64,000 nt of DNA, from positions 2,720,001-2,784,000 of the forward strand of contig CAXXWQ010000004.1 of NCBI GenBank assembly GCA_963674945.2, given 5' to 3'. The stretch is from an uncultured Desulfosarcina sp. Lineage in GTDB: Bacteria; Desulfobacterota; Desulfobacteria; Desulfobacterales; Desulfosarcinaceae. This document shows positions 18,867 to 28,036 of the stretch, one piece after another. Made by a program: the position numbers and the translations under genes. The first letter of the stretch is position 1. The number at the start of each line of letters is the position of its first letter. The notes beneath the pieces were generated by a model. It searched no databases, was not told the DNA's origin, and was given only the letters and a program-made list of their open reading frames with translations.

Positions 18867-20975
18867 ATGCAACTTCTCCTCACCGGATTGAACAAAATCG
18901 AGATTCGTTCTTCCGATACGTTACAATCGAACGACAATAGCAAGCGTCTTCGCGTCCAATACTGCGGCGTATGCCGGACCGACGCCAAGATGTGGAACGA
19001 AGGGCACCGGGATCTGGTCTTTCCACGGGTGCCGGGACATGAAATCATGGCCGCGGACGATATGGGCAACGCCTTTACCGTATGGCCGGGAACCGCCTGT
19101 GGCGACTGCCCGTACTGCCGAAGCGGAAGGGAGAACCTGTGCGAGAATATGAAGATCATGGGATTTCACTTCGACGGCGGTTTCAGCGACAACCTGCTGG
19201 CCGGGCAAGAAAACATCATTGCGGTACCACCTGGCATTTCTCCCCATCTGGTATGTTTCGCCGAGCCGGTGGGTTGCGTGATCAACGCCCTGGAGAAAAT
19301 TGATCTGGCATCCGGTGATCGCCTGGTCATCTTCGGCGGCGGCACCGTCGGGTTGATCACCGCGTTGGTGGCCAGGGATTTTGGGGCCGTACCGCTGGTC
19401 ATCGAAAAAAATGCCAAAAAGATCGAAAAGGCCGCTCCCTTTCTCGCCCATCGGCAAATCAACTGTGTCCAGGAAACCCATGAGAGCGAGTTCGACGCTG
19501 TAATCAACGCCTGCCCGGATATCATCGCCTTCTGCCAGGGCGTAACCAAACTGGCCAGGGGCGGCCGATACGCCTTTTTCAGCGGCATTACCAAAAACCA
19601 GCACGTGGAGACCAACCTGCTCAACCTGTTTCACTACAAGGAGGCCACGGTGGTCGGTGCCTATGGCCTGACCCGCCGTGATCTCTCGGCCGCATTGACC
19701 ATCATCGGCAAATATCCAGAAGCGTTGGAAATGCTGGTGGAATCGGTAATCGCCCCCCACCAGCTTTCGGACGTACTTCCCAACGTACTGTCCGGAGACG
19801 CATTTAAATATATTCTGGATTTTTCCAATACGGATGAATCCGAACCCGGCCGGATCGGACCACAGTACCAACCGGCCGCCCCGGAAAATGCCGGCATCGA
19901 TAATCCTTTGCCCGAAGGTCGCCTCTATCAACGCACCTGCCTTGCCGTTGCACCGGTCTCCCGGGACCTTATGCCGGCGGCCCGGCAAAAGATGGACAAC
20001 AAGACCAAACCCTTAGGCGCCTTGGGGCGGCTGGAAGCGTTGGCCGTTCAAATGAGCCTGATCCAAAAAACCCTCTCACCGAAGACCGACGGAAAGGCAT
20101 TGTTCGTGTTTGCTGCAGACCATGGCATCACCGAAGAGGGCGTCTCCGCCTATCCCGCAGAGGTCACCGGCCAGATGGTTATGAACTTTCTCGAAGGCGG
20201 TGCGGCCATCAATGTACTGTGCAGACACCACAACATCCGGATGAAGATCGTCGACATGGGGGTCAATGCCGACATTGCCCCCCATCCCGACCTGATCGAC
20301 CGGAAAATTCGTCGTGGAACGCGCAATTTCGCTCTGGAACCGGCCATGACACATGAGGAAGCCATACGCGCCCTGGAGGCGGGCATGACCTGCTTTCTCG
20401 ACGCCCATGCCGCCGACCCGATTCATATCGTGGGCCTGGGAGAGATGGGGATCGGAAACACCACTGCGGCTTCGGCCATCATCTCTGCGGCCACCGGAAT
20501 ATCGCCAAAAGAAGCCACCGGCTGCGGTACCGGCGTCGATGACGCGGGAATTCGGCACAAAATCGAGGTGATCGAAAAGGTGCTGGGTTTTCAGCAACCG
20601 GATCCCGATGACGGACTGGACCTTTTGTGCAAGGTGGGGGGATTCGAAATCGCCGGAATCGTCGGTGCCGCACTGGCCGCGGCATCCAAAGGGGTCGCCG
20701 TGGTAATCGACGGCGTCATCTCCACGGCCGCCGGCCTCATCGCCCATCGGATCTGTCCGGCGATCGGAGACTACCTGATCAGCGGCCACCGCTCCGTGGA
20801 AGCGGCCCAGGCAGCCGCCCTGGAGCAGATGGGGCTCACGCCGGTCCTGGATCTCGAGATGCGGCTGGGAGAAGGCACCGGCGCGGCCATGACCATGGAC
20901 ATCGTTGCCGCCGCCTGCCGGATCATGAACGAGATGGCCTCCTTCGCGGATGCAGGGGTGTCTGGAAAATCTTGA
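18867..20975 (+). CDS. cobT: Fusion: Zn-dependent alcohol dehydrogenase (MDR) + nicotinate-nucleotide-dimethylbenzimidazole phosphoribosyltransferase
   Basis: N-half: CGVCRTD, PGHE, CGDCPYC...NLC, GGGTVG; C-half: KTKPLGALGRLE, FAADHG, GEMGIGNTT, MRLGEGTGA; one uninterrupted 702-aa ORF. Confidence 0.92.
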   Translation: MQLLLTGLNKIEIRSSDTLQSNDNSKRLRVQYCGVCRTDAKMWNEGHRDLVFPRVPGHEIMAADDMGNAFTVWPGTACGDCPYCRSGRENLCENMKIMGFHFDGGFSDNLLAGQENIIAVPPGISPHLVCFAEPVGCVINALEKIDLASGDRLVIFGGGTVGLITALVARDFGAVPLVIEKNAKKIEKAAPFLAHRQINCVQETHESEFDAVINACPDIIAFCQGVTKLARGGRYAFFSGITKNQHVETNLLNLFHYKEATVVGAYGLTRRDLSAALTIIGKYPEALEMLVESVIAPHQLSDVLPNVLSGDAFKYILDFSNTDESEPGRIGPQYQPAAPENAGIDNPLPEGRLYQRTCLAVAPVSRDLMPAARQKMDNKTKPLGALGRLEALAVQMSLIQKTLSPKTDGKALFVFAADHGITEEGVSAYPAEVTGQMVMNFLEGGAAINVLCRHHNIRMKIVDMGVNADIAPHPDLIDRKIRRGTRNFALEPAMTHEEAIRALEAGMTCFLDAHAADPIHIVGLGEMGIGNTTAASAIISAATGISPKEATGCGTGVDDAGIRHKIEVIEKVLGFQQPDPDDGLDLLCKVGGFEIAGIVGAALAAASKGVAVVIDGVISTAAGLIAHRICPAIGDYLISGHRSVEAAQAAALEQMGLTPVLDLEMRLGEGTGAAMTMDIVAAACRIMNEMASFADAGVSGKS

Positions 20976-21373
20976 CAATTCCCTTGCACGTCGTAAAATT
21001 GTAAAAATAGAATTGAACTTACAGACTCGTTCTTTTCTGACCATCCTAACAATGGATATCACTACATCGATACAGATAGATCGACCTAATCACAGATTTA
21101 CCCATGAGAGACCAACCACAATTTTACGGCTTTAATGGTGAAAGAACGATTCAAACATGAAATCCTGTCAGGAATTTTTGCAGTATGTAAAATTGAAATC
21201 GGTACTCGCTTACAATTGGGTTTGAAATGTCTCGACGGTTAAGTGAAATCGGACTGTTCATTTCCGCAATAATCCATCTGCTTGTAGTCTAACGCCAGAA
21301 GCGCAATCCTGTCCCTTGGGTCCTGACGAGATCGCTTTTTCTCAAACAGGGAATTGTTGAAATCATGATCAGA

Positions 21374-21425
21374 GTCAACAACCACCGGCAAGGCGGGTGG
21401 CTTGGATAGGCGGCCGATGGCCGCA
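21374..21425 (+). mobile_element. Isolated IS200/IS605-like terminal hairpin remnant
   Basis: GTCAACAACCACCGGCAAGGCGGGTGGCTTG followed by hairpin GCGGCC-GAT-GGCCGC; no transposase nearby. Confidence 0.45.
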
Positions 21426-21548
21426 TATCCAAAAACACGTCAGTGCTTTCATCGTTCGGGTTGGTCCGAATGCAATGCACCCGGTTTGAACACAACGAAT
21501 CAGTGCCTTGATCGGTATAGATGTATCGTTCGTTATATACCTGACAGC

Positions 21549-21565
21549 CTGGCACATGGTTTGCG
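21549..21565 (+). promoter_or_regulatory. Sigma54 (-24/-12) promoter
   Basis: CTGGCACATGGTTTGCG matches TGGCAC-N5-TTGC exactly. Confidence 0.75.
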
Positions 21566-21798
21566 TTAAAACTTTTTTAACTTCTCGAATGGAAGAATGC
21601 TCAGCATCAAAGGAGAGAAAAGGAAGATAAAGAGAAAAACGATGTTATGGTGGAGCGGCTCTATGGATCAATCACCCGCGTGGTGGATCTGCCTGTAGAC
21701 GTTGACCCGGATGTTTCTTTCGTTTCTGCAAAAGACGGGTCTCCGCACGCGGAGCCGTCGGCCAGTTCAACCCGCCAGCAGCCAGTGGCGGCAACAGA

Positions 21799-23442
21799 GT
21801 GAGCCTCATGCCAATCTCCCATCAATCCAAGATCTTACGCGCCATGATGCAGCCGGAATGCTACCCGCATCCGGTCCAGGCCATCGAACGGCGCGAAACC
21901 CATATTTCGACGGTGTTTCTCACCGGGCCCTTTGTCTACAAGATAAAAAAACCGGTGGATCTGGGTTTCCTGGATTTTTCGACCCTCGATAAACGCCGTA
22001 CCTGCTGCCGACAGGAAGTCACCTTGAACCGCCGCCTCTCTGAGGGCGTTTATGTGGACGTCGTTCCCATTACCCTCCATGACGGCCGATATAAAGTAGA
22101 CGCGTCGGGTCCGGCCGTGGAGTTCGCCGTGAAAATGCGCCAGCTGGCCGATGCGGACGCCATGCACCAGCGCCTTACGGACGCCTCCCTCACCCAGGGG
22201 CAGATGGAGGCTCTGATGCGCCGGCTGGTGGATTTCTACGAGAACGCCACAGCAGACTGTGCCATGGCGGCGACCGCCGTACCCGCCTGGGAGGAGAACC
22301 TCCAACGAATGGATGGTTTCGCCGGCATATGGATCGACCGTCGGCAGTATGCGTTCGTCCGCACCGCAATGCGCACCTTCGCCGGTAATCGCCAATCCGT
22401 TTTCGAACGTCGTCGCACCAATCAAAAAATCAGGGACGGTCACGGGGATCTGCGCAGCGACCACATCTACTTTACTGAAGACGGGATTCAGGTCATCGAC
22501 TGCATCGAATTCAATTCGGAACTGCGCTGTGTGGATATCATCAGCGACCTGGCCTTTCTGGCAATGGACCTGGAGGCGCAAGGATTCTGGCCGACGGCCG
22601 CATCCCTGATCCAATTGTACATCCACGCCACCGGTGATCTCGGTGCCCTGCCCCTGCTGGATTTTTACCGCTGCTATCGGGCCATGGTACGCTGCAAGGT
22701 GAGTTGTTACCGGCTCGCCGAAGGCGGACAGGCGTATCCCGCATGGAACGACTTCCGGCGATCTGCCGCCCGCTATCTGGACTTGGCCCGGCAGTATGCC
22801 GAGCTGTTCTGCCGTCCAACGCTGTGGGTGGTCTGCGGCCCGCCCGCCTCGGGGAAAAGCACCATCGCCGCCGCCCTGGCGGCCCTTTATGAAATCGCCG
22901 TGATCCGTTCCGATGTGTTGCGCAAAAAACTCTTCGGCGGATCCGCCGATCCTCTTATGAGAAACACCTTGGACCAAGGGATCTACTCGCCGTCGGCCAC
23001 CGAAACCACATATGAACGAATGAATCGGCTGGCGGATGAAGCCCTCAAAACGGGCAACAGCATGGTGGTGGATGCCACCTTCAGCCGCATGGCGCATCGA
23101 CTTCAGATCCTGCGCATGGCCAAAAATCGTCAGGCGCTGCCGGTCTTCGTGGAGTGTCTGGCGGACGAAGCGATCCTGGCCGAACGGCTCCGAAAACGCG
23201 AGACGGCGCCATCTGTCTCAGACGCCCGCCTGCTCCATCTCGAAGCCTTCAAAAGCCGGTTTGAACCCCTGAAGGCCATGACCGGGGCCGTCCACATTCG
23301 TATCGACACGGCCGACCCCTTGCCGCACTGCCTGCGGCAGATCCTGCTCACGACGGTTCAGCCCGCCGCAGCGCCGGTTGCACCGAACCAACGCGCCCAA
23401 CAAGGAGGATATCATGTTTCATCGAATTCTGGCGGCCACTGA
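21799..23442 (+). CDS. Aminoglycoside-phosphotransferase-like/AAA_33 kinase fusion (Rv2004c-like)
   Basis: ETHISTVFL..YKIKKPV, GHGDL, IDCIEF, P-loop GPPASGKST, SDA motif. Confidence 0.88.
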   Translation: MSLMPISHQSKILRAMMQPECYPHPVQAIERRETHISTVFLTGPFVYKIKKPVDLGFLDFSTLDKRRTCCRQEVTLNRRLSEGVYVDVVPITLHDGRYKVDASGPAVEFAVKMRQLADADAMHQRLTDASLTQGQMEALMRRLVDFYENATADCAMAATAVPAWEENLQRMDGFAGIWIDRRQYAFVRTAMRTFAGNRQSVFERRRTNQKIRDGHGDLRSDHIYFTEDGIQVIDCIEFNSELRCVDIISDLAFLAMDLEAQGFWPTAASLIQLYIHATGDLGALPLLDFYRCYRAMVRCKVSCYRLAEGGQAYPAWNDFRRSAARYLDLARQYAELFCRPTLWVVCGPPASGKSTIAAALAALYEIAVIRSDVLRKKLFGGSADPLMRNTLDQGIYSPSATETTYERMNRLADEALKTGNSMVVDATFSRMAHRLQILRMAKNRQALPVFVECLADEAILAERLRKRETAPSVSDARLLHLEAFKSRFEPLKAMTGAVHIRIDTADPLPHCLRQILLTTVQPAAAPVAPNQRAQQGGYHVSSNSGGH

Positions 23443-24391
23443 CCTCGTTACCACGGTTGATGCACCGGTGCTGACGGCAGCCCGTCTGGCCCGGCATCAC
23501 AATGCCCGGCTCGATGTGCTGCATGTAATGGAATCGTCGTCGCTGAGCAACCGCCGTCTGGTCCGACATTATGCCACCGATGAGGAACGCCTCGCCGATG
23601 CTGACTATGAACAATCCGTAGCCCAGGCGCTTCGGCAGACTTACGGCGATGTGCTGGCGGGAATCAACGTTTCGCTGCATATCGGTGCCGGCTTTCCCTG
23701 GGAAGCGATCCTGCATTGGTCCGCCCGGATCGATGCCGATCTCATCGTTATGGGGCCGCATTCGACGCGCTCCCAGGAAAAAGGCGTGGTGCGAATCGCC
23801 GGCAAGGTCGGATCCACCGTGGCGCACGTGATGACCCACGAAACCTGTCCGGTAATGATCGCCCGTCACCCCGCCGAGGAAGATCTGCTCCATTTCCGCC
23901 GTGTGCTGATCCCCGTCGACTTCTCCCGATCCTGCGAATGTGCCATCTGTTTCGCCGCGCGGCTGGCTGCCCGATGCCACAGCCGGCTGCTGGTGTTCCA
24001 CATGATGCCGGTTCCACCGGTCCCCAAATACTCCCGGGAGGCGTATGCCCGGGACAAGAACCATGCCCGCGAACGGCTCGATGCATTCTACACCACCTAT
24101 CTGGACGGCATCGACCACCGATTCCTGATCCGTGCCGGCGCCGTCCCCCACCTGGAAATTCTAAAGGCCGCCGAGGAGCATCAGGCAGATCTGATCATCA
24201 TGGGATCCCACACCAAGGAGACCTCAGGCAAATGGTACCCGGGCAGCGCGGTGGAACGCGTCGCTTACAGGGCGGCTTGCCCGGTGGCCGTAATCACCGA
24301 CCCGCAGGTGCTGATCCGCTGGGACGGCAGATTGTCCGATGACCAGAGTAAAACGGCGGATCGTTGGATCCATGTCTTTACCGGGACTTGA
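23414..24391 (+). CDS. Tandem universal stress protein
   Basis: RILAATD...DLIVMG and RVLIPVDFS...DLIIMGSH..GSAVERV. Confidence 0.9.
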   Translation: MFHRILAATDLVTTVDAPVLTAARLARHHNARLDVLHVMESSSLSNRRLVRHYATDEERLADADYEQSVAQALRQTYGDVLAGINVSLHIGAGFPWEAILHWSARIDADLIVMGPHSTRSQEKGVVRIAGKVGSTVAHVMTHETCPVMIARHPAEEDLLHFRRVLIPVDFSRSCECAICFAARLAARCHSRLLVFHMMPVPPVPKYSREAYARDKNHARERLDAFYTTYLDGIDHRFLIRAGAVPHLEILKAAEEHQADLIIMGSHTKETSGKWYPGSAVERVAYRAACPVAVITDPQVLIRWDGRLSDDQSKTADRWIHVFTGT

Positions 24392-24425
24392 TCCCGGCTT
24401 ACCAACCAAACCAAGGAGGAGTCCC

Positions 24426-24593
24426 ATGACAACCAAATCACAAGTTTTCAAATGCAACGCCTGCGGCGCCATCGTGGCAGTGATCACAGGCGGCAAGGGG
24501 GAACTGGTCTGCTGCGACCAGAAAATGAACGAGGTGACCCCGGACAAAGCCAAGAAGCTGATCCATGGCATAACGCGACCCGGTACACCCTGA
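24426..24593 (+). CDS. Desulforedoxin-like (FeCys4) small protein
   Basis: QVFKCNACGAIVAV..GGKGELVCCDQKM; RBS AGGAGG. Confidence 0.85.
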   Translation: MTTKSQVFKCNACGAIVAVITGGKGELVCCDQKMNEVTPDKAKKLIHGITRPGTP

Positions 24594-24705
24594 TTCGCCC
24601 GGCACACATCGGCTGCGGGAACGACGCCAAGCGCAGCAGGCCGGTACGGCTGCACCTGTATTAGACGCAACCCATCGGCAGGGGGGCCGAATTTGAAACA
24701 GAACG

Positions 24706-25290
24706 TCAGAAGTGGTAGCGTACCCCCGCCCCTAGTGCATTCGACCCCCCATCCTCATGGACGGTCCCGAAACCATCCGAGCGGTGATGCAACCGGAGCA
24801 AGGCCTCCCAGCGGGCCTTGGGCGGCCCCATTGTCAATTCACCGAACCAGTAGATCAACCATCGGTTACTGTTTTCGTTGGTATCGAGCTCGACTTTCGG
24901 GATTCGGGTAGCATAGGAAGGGCCGATTCCCCATGCCAGACTGGTGGCCAGGTGCTCGTCCCAGGGAAACCGATGCCAGCGAAAACCGAAGATGGAAAGG
25001 TCGAACTCCCAGTGGTGCTGGCCGCCGAAGTGTTTGCCGACAACGGCCTCCATCTCCCAGGATAGTTGATCGTTGAAAAATCGTTTGGCCGTCCATGCCC
25101 CGGCAACCGCCAAAAGGGTAGCATCCGTGTACTGTGCCCCGGGCAAGATGGCCTGTTCCCACTTCTCCCTGGTCATCTGCGCACCGTAAAGGGCCAGGGC
25201 AAACTCCTGGGCAAAAAGAGAGCCCGGCCAGGTTGAAAGGAGAAGGCTCGCAATGCCGGCCAGGAAGATCTTTCTCGACAGTGTCATCAT
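24706..25290 (-). CDS. Outer-membrane beta-barrel protein (PagL/acyloxyacyl-hydrolase-like)
   Basis: Signal peptide, amphipathic strands, RLHHRS...GSN motif, terminal YHF. Confidence 0.6.
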   Translation of the reverse strand: MMTLSRKIFLAGIASLLLSTWPGSLFAQEFALALYGAQMTREKWEQAILPGAQYTDATLLAVAGAWTAKRFFNDQLSWEMEAVVGKHFGGQHHWEFDLSIFGFRWHRFPWDEHLATSLAWGIGPSYATRIPKVELDTNENSNRWLIYWFGELTMGPPKARWEALLRLHHRSDGFGTVHEDGGSNALGAGVRYHF

Positions 25291-25366
25291 TGTCCGATGG
25301 TGATGGGAAAAACGCCCGCAATCGGACGATATCGATTGCGGGCAAATTGGCCATTTCTGTGTGGTA

Positions 25367-27252
25367 CTATCCCGCAATGGTCCTTGCATCCAACCCCAAC
25401 GCCTTGCGTTTGTTTTCGATCGTCCGGCGCAGGAAAACGGCCGCCTTTTCCGGATCCGGCTCGACGGCAAAGGTGGCGCCCACCACCTCCTTGAGACCGT
25501 CGGTGAGAAGGTTGACCACGTTCATGCTGCCGGTAATGGGCGGCATGGGCCCAAGGTGCGTGGTGACGCCCGAGGCGACGAAGTAGGTGCCGATGGTCAC
25601 CGCCTTTTCCGAGTACCACTCCGGCGCCGATCCGGCCACGGGCAGATCGCCGATGTCCACGCCCAGGGCGTCGGCCAGGGCCGATACCAGCACGAGGATG
25701 CGTACGTTGTCCACACAACTGCCCATGTGGAGCACCGGCGGAATCTTCAGGGCGGTGCAGATCTCCTTCAGTCCCGGTCCGGCCATTTTCGCCGCCTCGG
25801 GCAGTTTGAAACCGGCCTTGGCGTTGGCCACGGATACGCAGCCTGTGTCCACGACGAGGATGTCGTTCTCGATGAGCCGCCGGGTCAGGGTCACGTGGCC
25901 GTAATCGTGCTTGATTTTGGGATTGTTGCACCCCACGATGCCCACGGCACCCCGGATCTTTCCGGCCTTGATGGCATCGATGAGCGGATCGGGCGTCCCC
26001 CCCAGGGCACCCACGATGGTCTCCACGGAAAAACCGCCGACGGCATTCTGGGGCGTTACCGGGATGAGGACGGCACCCCGGTTGGTAAAGTTCTCCACCG
26101 CTTCTTTCACCACATCCACGGCCTTTTTCTCGGCGTTGTCCGGGTGAAACTCGTGATGGGTCATGTGAGGAAACTGGGCCTTGTCGCTGGTGCTGATCAT
26201 CTTGGTATGGTAGCACCCGGCCACTTTTCCCACCGAGGGCATGATACACTGGTAGTCCACGATCATCATATCCACGGCGCCGGTGGACAGGATCAGTTCG
26301 GTCATCAGGTGGTTACCCGCCATGGCGATACCCCTTCTCATGAGAAGTTCGTTGCCGGTGCAGCACACCCCCACCAGGTTAATGCCCTTGGCGCCTTTGG
26401 ACTTGGCAAGATCCAGCAAATCCCGGGACTGGCAGGCGGCGGAAACCATTTCAGAAACCACCGGGTTGTGACCGTGGACAACGATGTTCACCTGATCCTC
26501 TCTGAGAACACCGGCGTTGACCGTAGTCGGCCGCGGGGTGGGCACGCCAAAGAGGATATCCGATACTTCGGTGGCGATCATGGAGCCGCCCCAGCCATCG
26601 GACAGTGCGTTTCGCATGGCCTGGAGGAGCAGGGTCTGCCAGTTGTTGTCCACACCCATATGGGTACGATGCATCATCTCCGAGGTTTCCCGGTCGATGC
26701 CCCGGGGTGTCAGGTTGAACTTCTCCCATATCTCCCGCCGCTTTTTCGGTGCCCGGGCCACCAGTTTGATGGACTTCTGGCGCATGCCGTAGTCTTCCAT
26801 CATGGCCTGGGCCAGATCGCCGGCAATGGCCAGGGGTGTCTTTCCGTCAATGGCAACACCGTATTCTGTAGCCACGCGTTTGAGTTTTTCCTCGTCGCGA
26901 ATCTGATATCCGATGGCAGTGCCGTCCGCGACCCCGGCCATCACCTCCACCAGGTCCCTGCCATGGTCGGAGTGGGCCGCGGCACCGGCCGCTACCATGC
27001 GGCACAGATTGCGGGCCACGATGATGTCGGCATCGGCGCCGCAAACGCCGGTCTGGGGCCCCTCGCCAAAAGGATCCACCCGGCACGGTCCCATGACGCA
27101 GATTCGACAGGAAAGGCCCATGTCGCAGAAACCGCATTGGGGCTGCTGCGCCTCGTGGCGCTCCCAGACCGTTTCGATTCCGTCCTGCCTGGCTTTTTCA
27201 TAAAGCCGATTCCCATCTTCGGTGACCGAAAAACGCGATTTGGGTCAAACAT
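25367..27252 (-). CDS. cooS: Ni-Fe carbon monoxide dehydrogenase catalytic subunit, split by a -1 frameshift within the first ~8 codons
   Basis: C-cluster motifs HGHNP, VCCTGNE, DYQC, GCNN, TGC, GSCVD, SEKA; RBS AGGAGG before ATG 27252 is out of frame with SVTEDG...QCGFCDMGLSCRIC. Confidence 0.9.
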
Positions 27253-27262
27253 AATACCCTCC

Positions 27263-27862
27263 TTACATTCGTGTAAGATTTATTTCCGATTGTGTAACAG
27301 CCCTGTTCAATGCCACACCGGTGGGAACGGCCGGACGGTCGGCATCCGACGACATACTGCGTGCCACATCCCTGTTTTTCCGTGCCATGGCGGCGTCCAT
27401 CTCTTCGTAGGTCAATGCTCCTGCCTTGCAAATTTCCACGCAGGCAGGCGTTTGGCCCTTGGCCGTCCGGGCGCTGCAGTTGTCGCATTTGATGGCGATG
27501 GCGTGTCCGGCGGGTCCCAGCGGGTCCTCATGAAAACGAATGACACCGAAGGGACAGGCCATGGCACAGGATGCGCAGTTGATACAACGATCCGGGTTGA
27601 CCATCACCGTGCCCGTGGACGCCCGGCGATAGATGGCACCGGCCAGGCATGCGGCCTGGCAGGGGGCAGGGTCGCAATGGCGGCATCGGTTGGGAAACCC
27701 TTCGTTGAAGAGACCGGCGCCCACGTGAATCCTCGGCTTTGGCAGCGGCGTCTCCTGAGTCGCGGCAAACAGAGACAGGCTCTTGGAATGCGCCGCGGCG
27801 CAGGCCAGCATGCACTGCATGCAACCCACGCATTTTTCTGGATGGACGACAACCTGTTTCAT
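27263..27862 (-). CDS. cooF: CooF-type 4x[4Fe-4S] protein
   Basis: CVGCMQCMLAC, CRHCDPAPCQAAC, CINCASCAMACP, KCDNC...PACVEIC; RBS GGAGGAG. Confidence 0.9.
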   Translation of the reverse strand: MKQVVVHPEKCVGCMQCMLACAAAHSKSLSLFAATQETPLPKPRIHVGAGLFNEGFPNRCRHCDPAPCQAACLAGAIYRRASTGTVMVNPDRCINCASCAMACPFGVIRFHEDPLGPAGHAIAIKCDNCSARTAKGQTPACVEICKAGALTYEEMDAAMARKNRDVARSMSSDADRPAVPTGVALNRAVTQSEINLTRM

Positions 27863-28036
27863 CTCTCCTCCTTTTATGCATCGACTTCGAGATCGGAGTT
27901 TTTGGACTGCGGTATTGGTCGTCGCGGTATACCAACACACAGCGTCCTCCCACTATCCTTGCCAAGAACACCGATCTCAATGTCCCGTGGGAACGATACA
28001 AAGTAAAATTGATCATTAACGAAAAGATCTCAATTA

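Noticed and set aside
21135..21242. Short ORF MVKERFKHEILSGIFAVCKIE, faintly ACT-domain-like
   Set aside because: Too short and weak to call
27245..27247. In-frame TGA upstream of cooS as possible selenocysteine
   Set aside because: No in-frame start with RBS upstream and not a Cys-equivalent position; a frameshift explains it better
25361..28006. 881-aa plus-strand ORF
   Set aside because: Antisense shadow of cooS/cooF; no motifs
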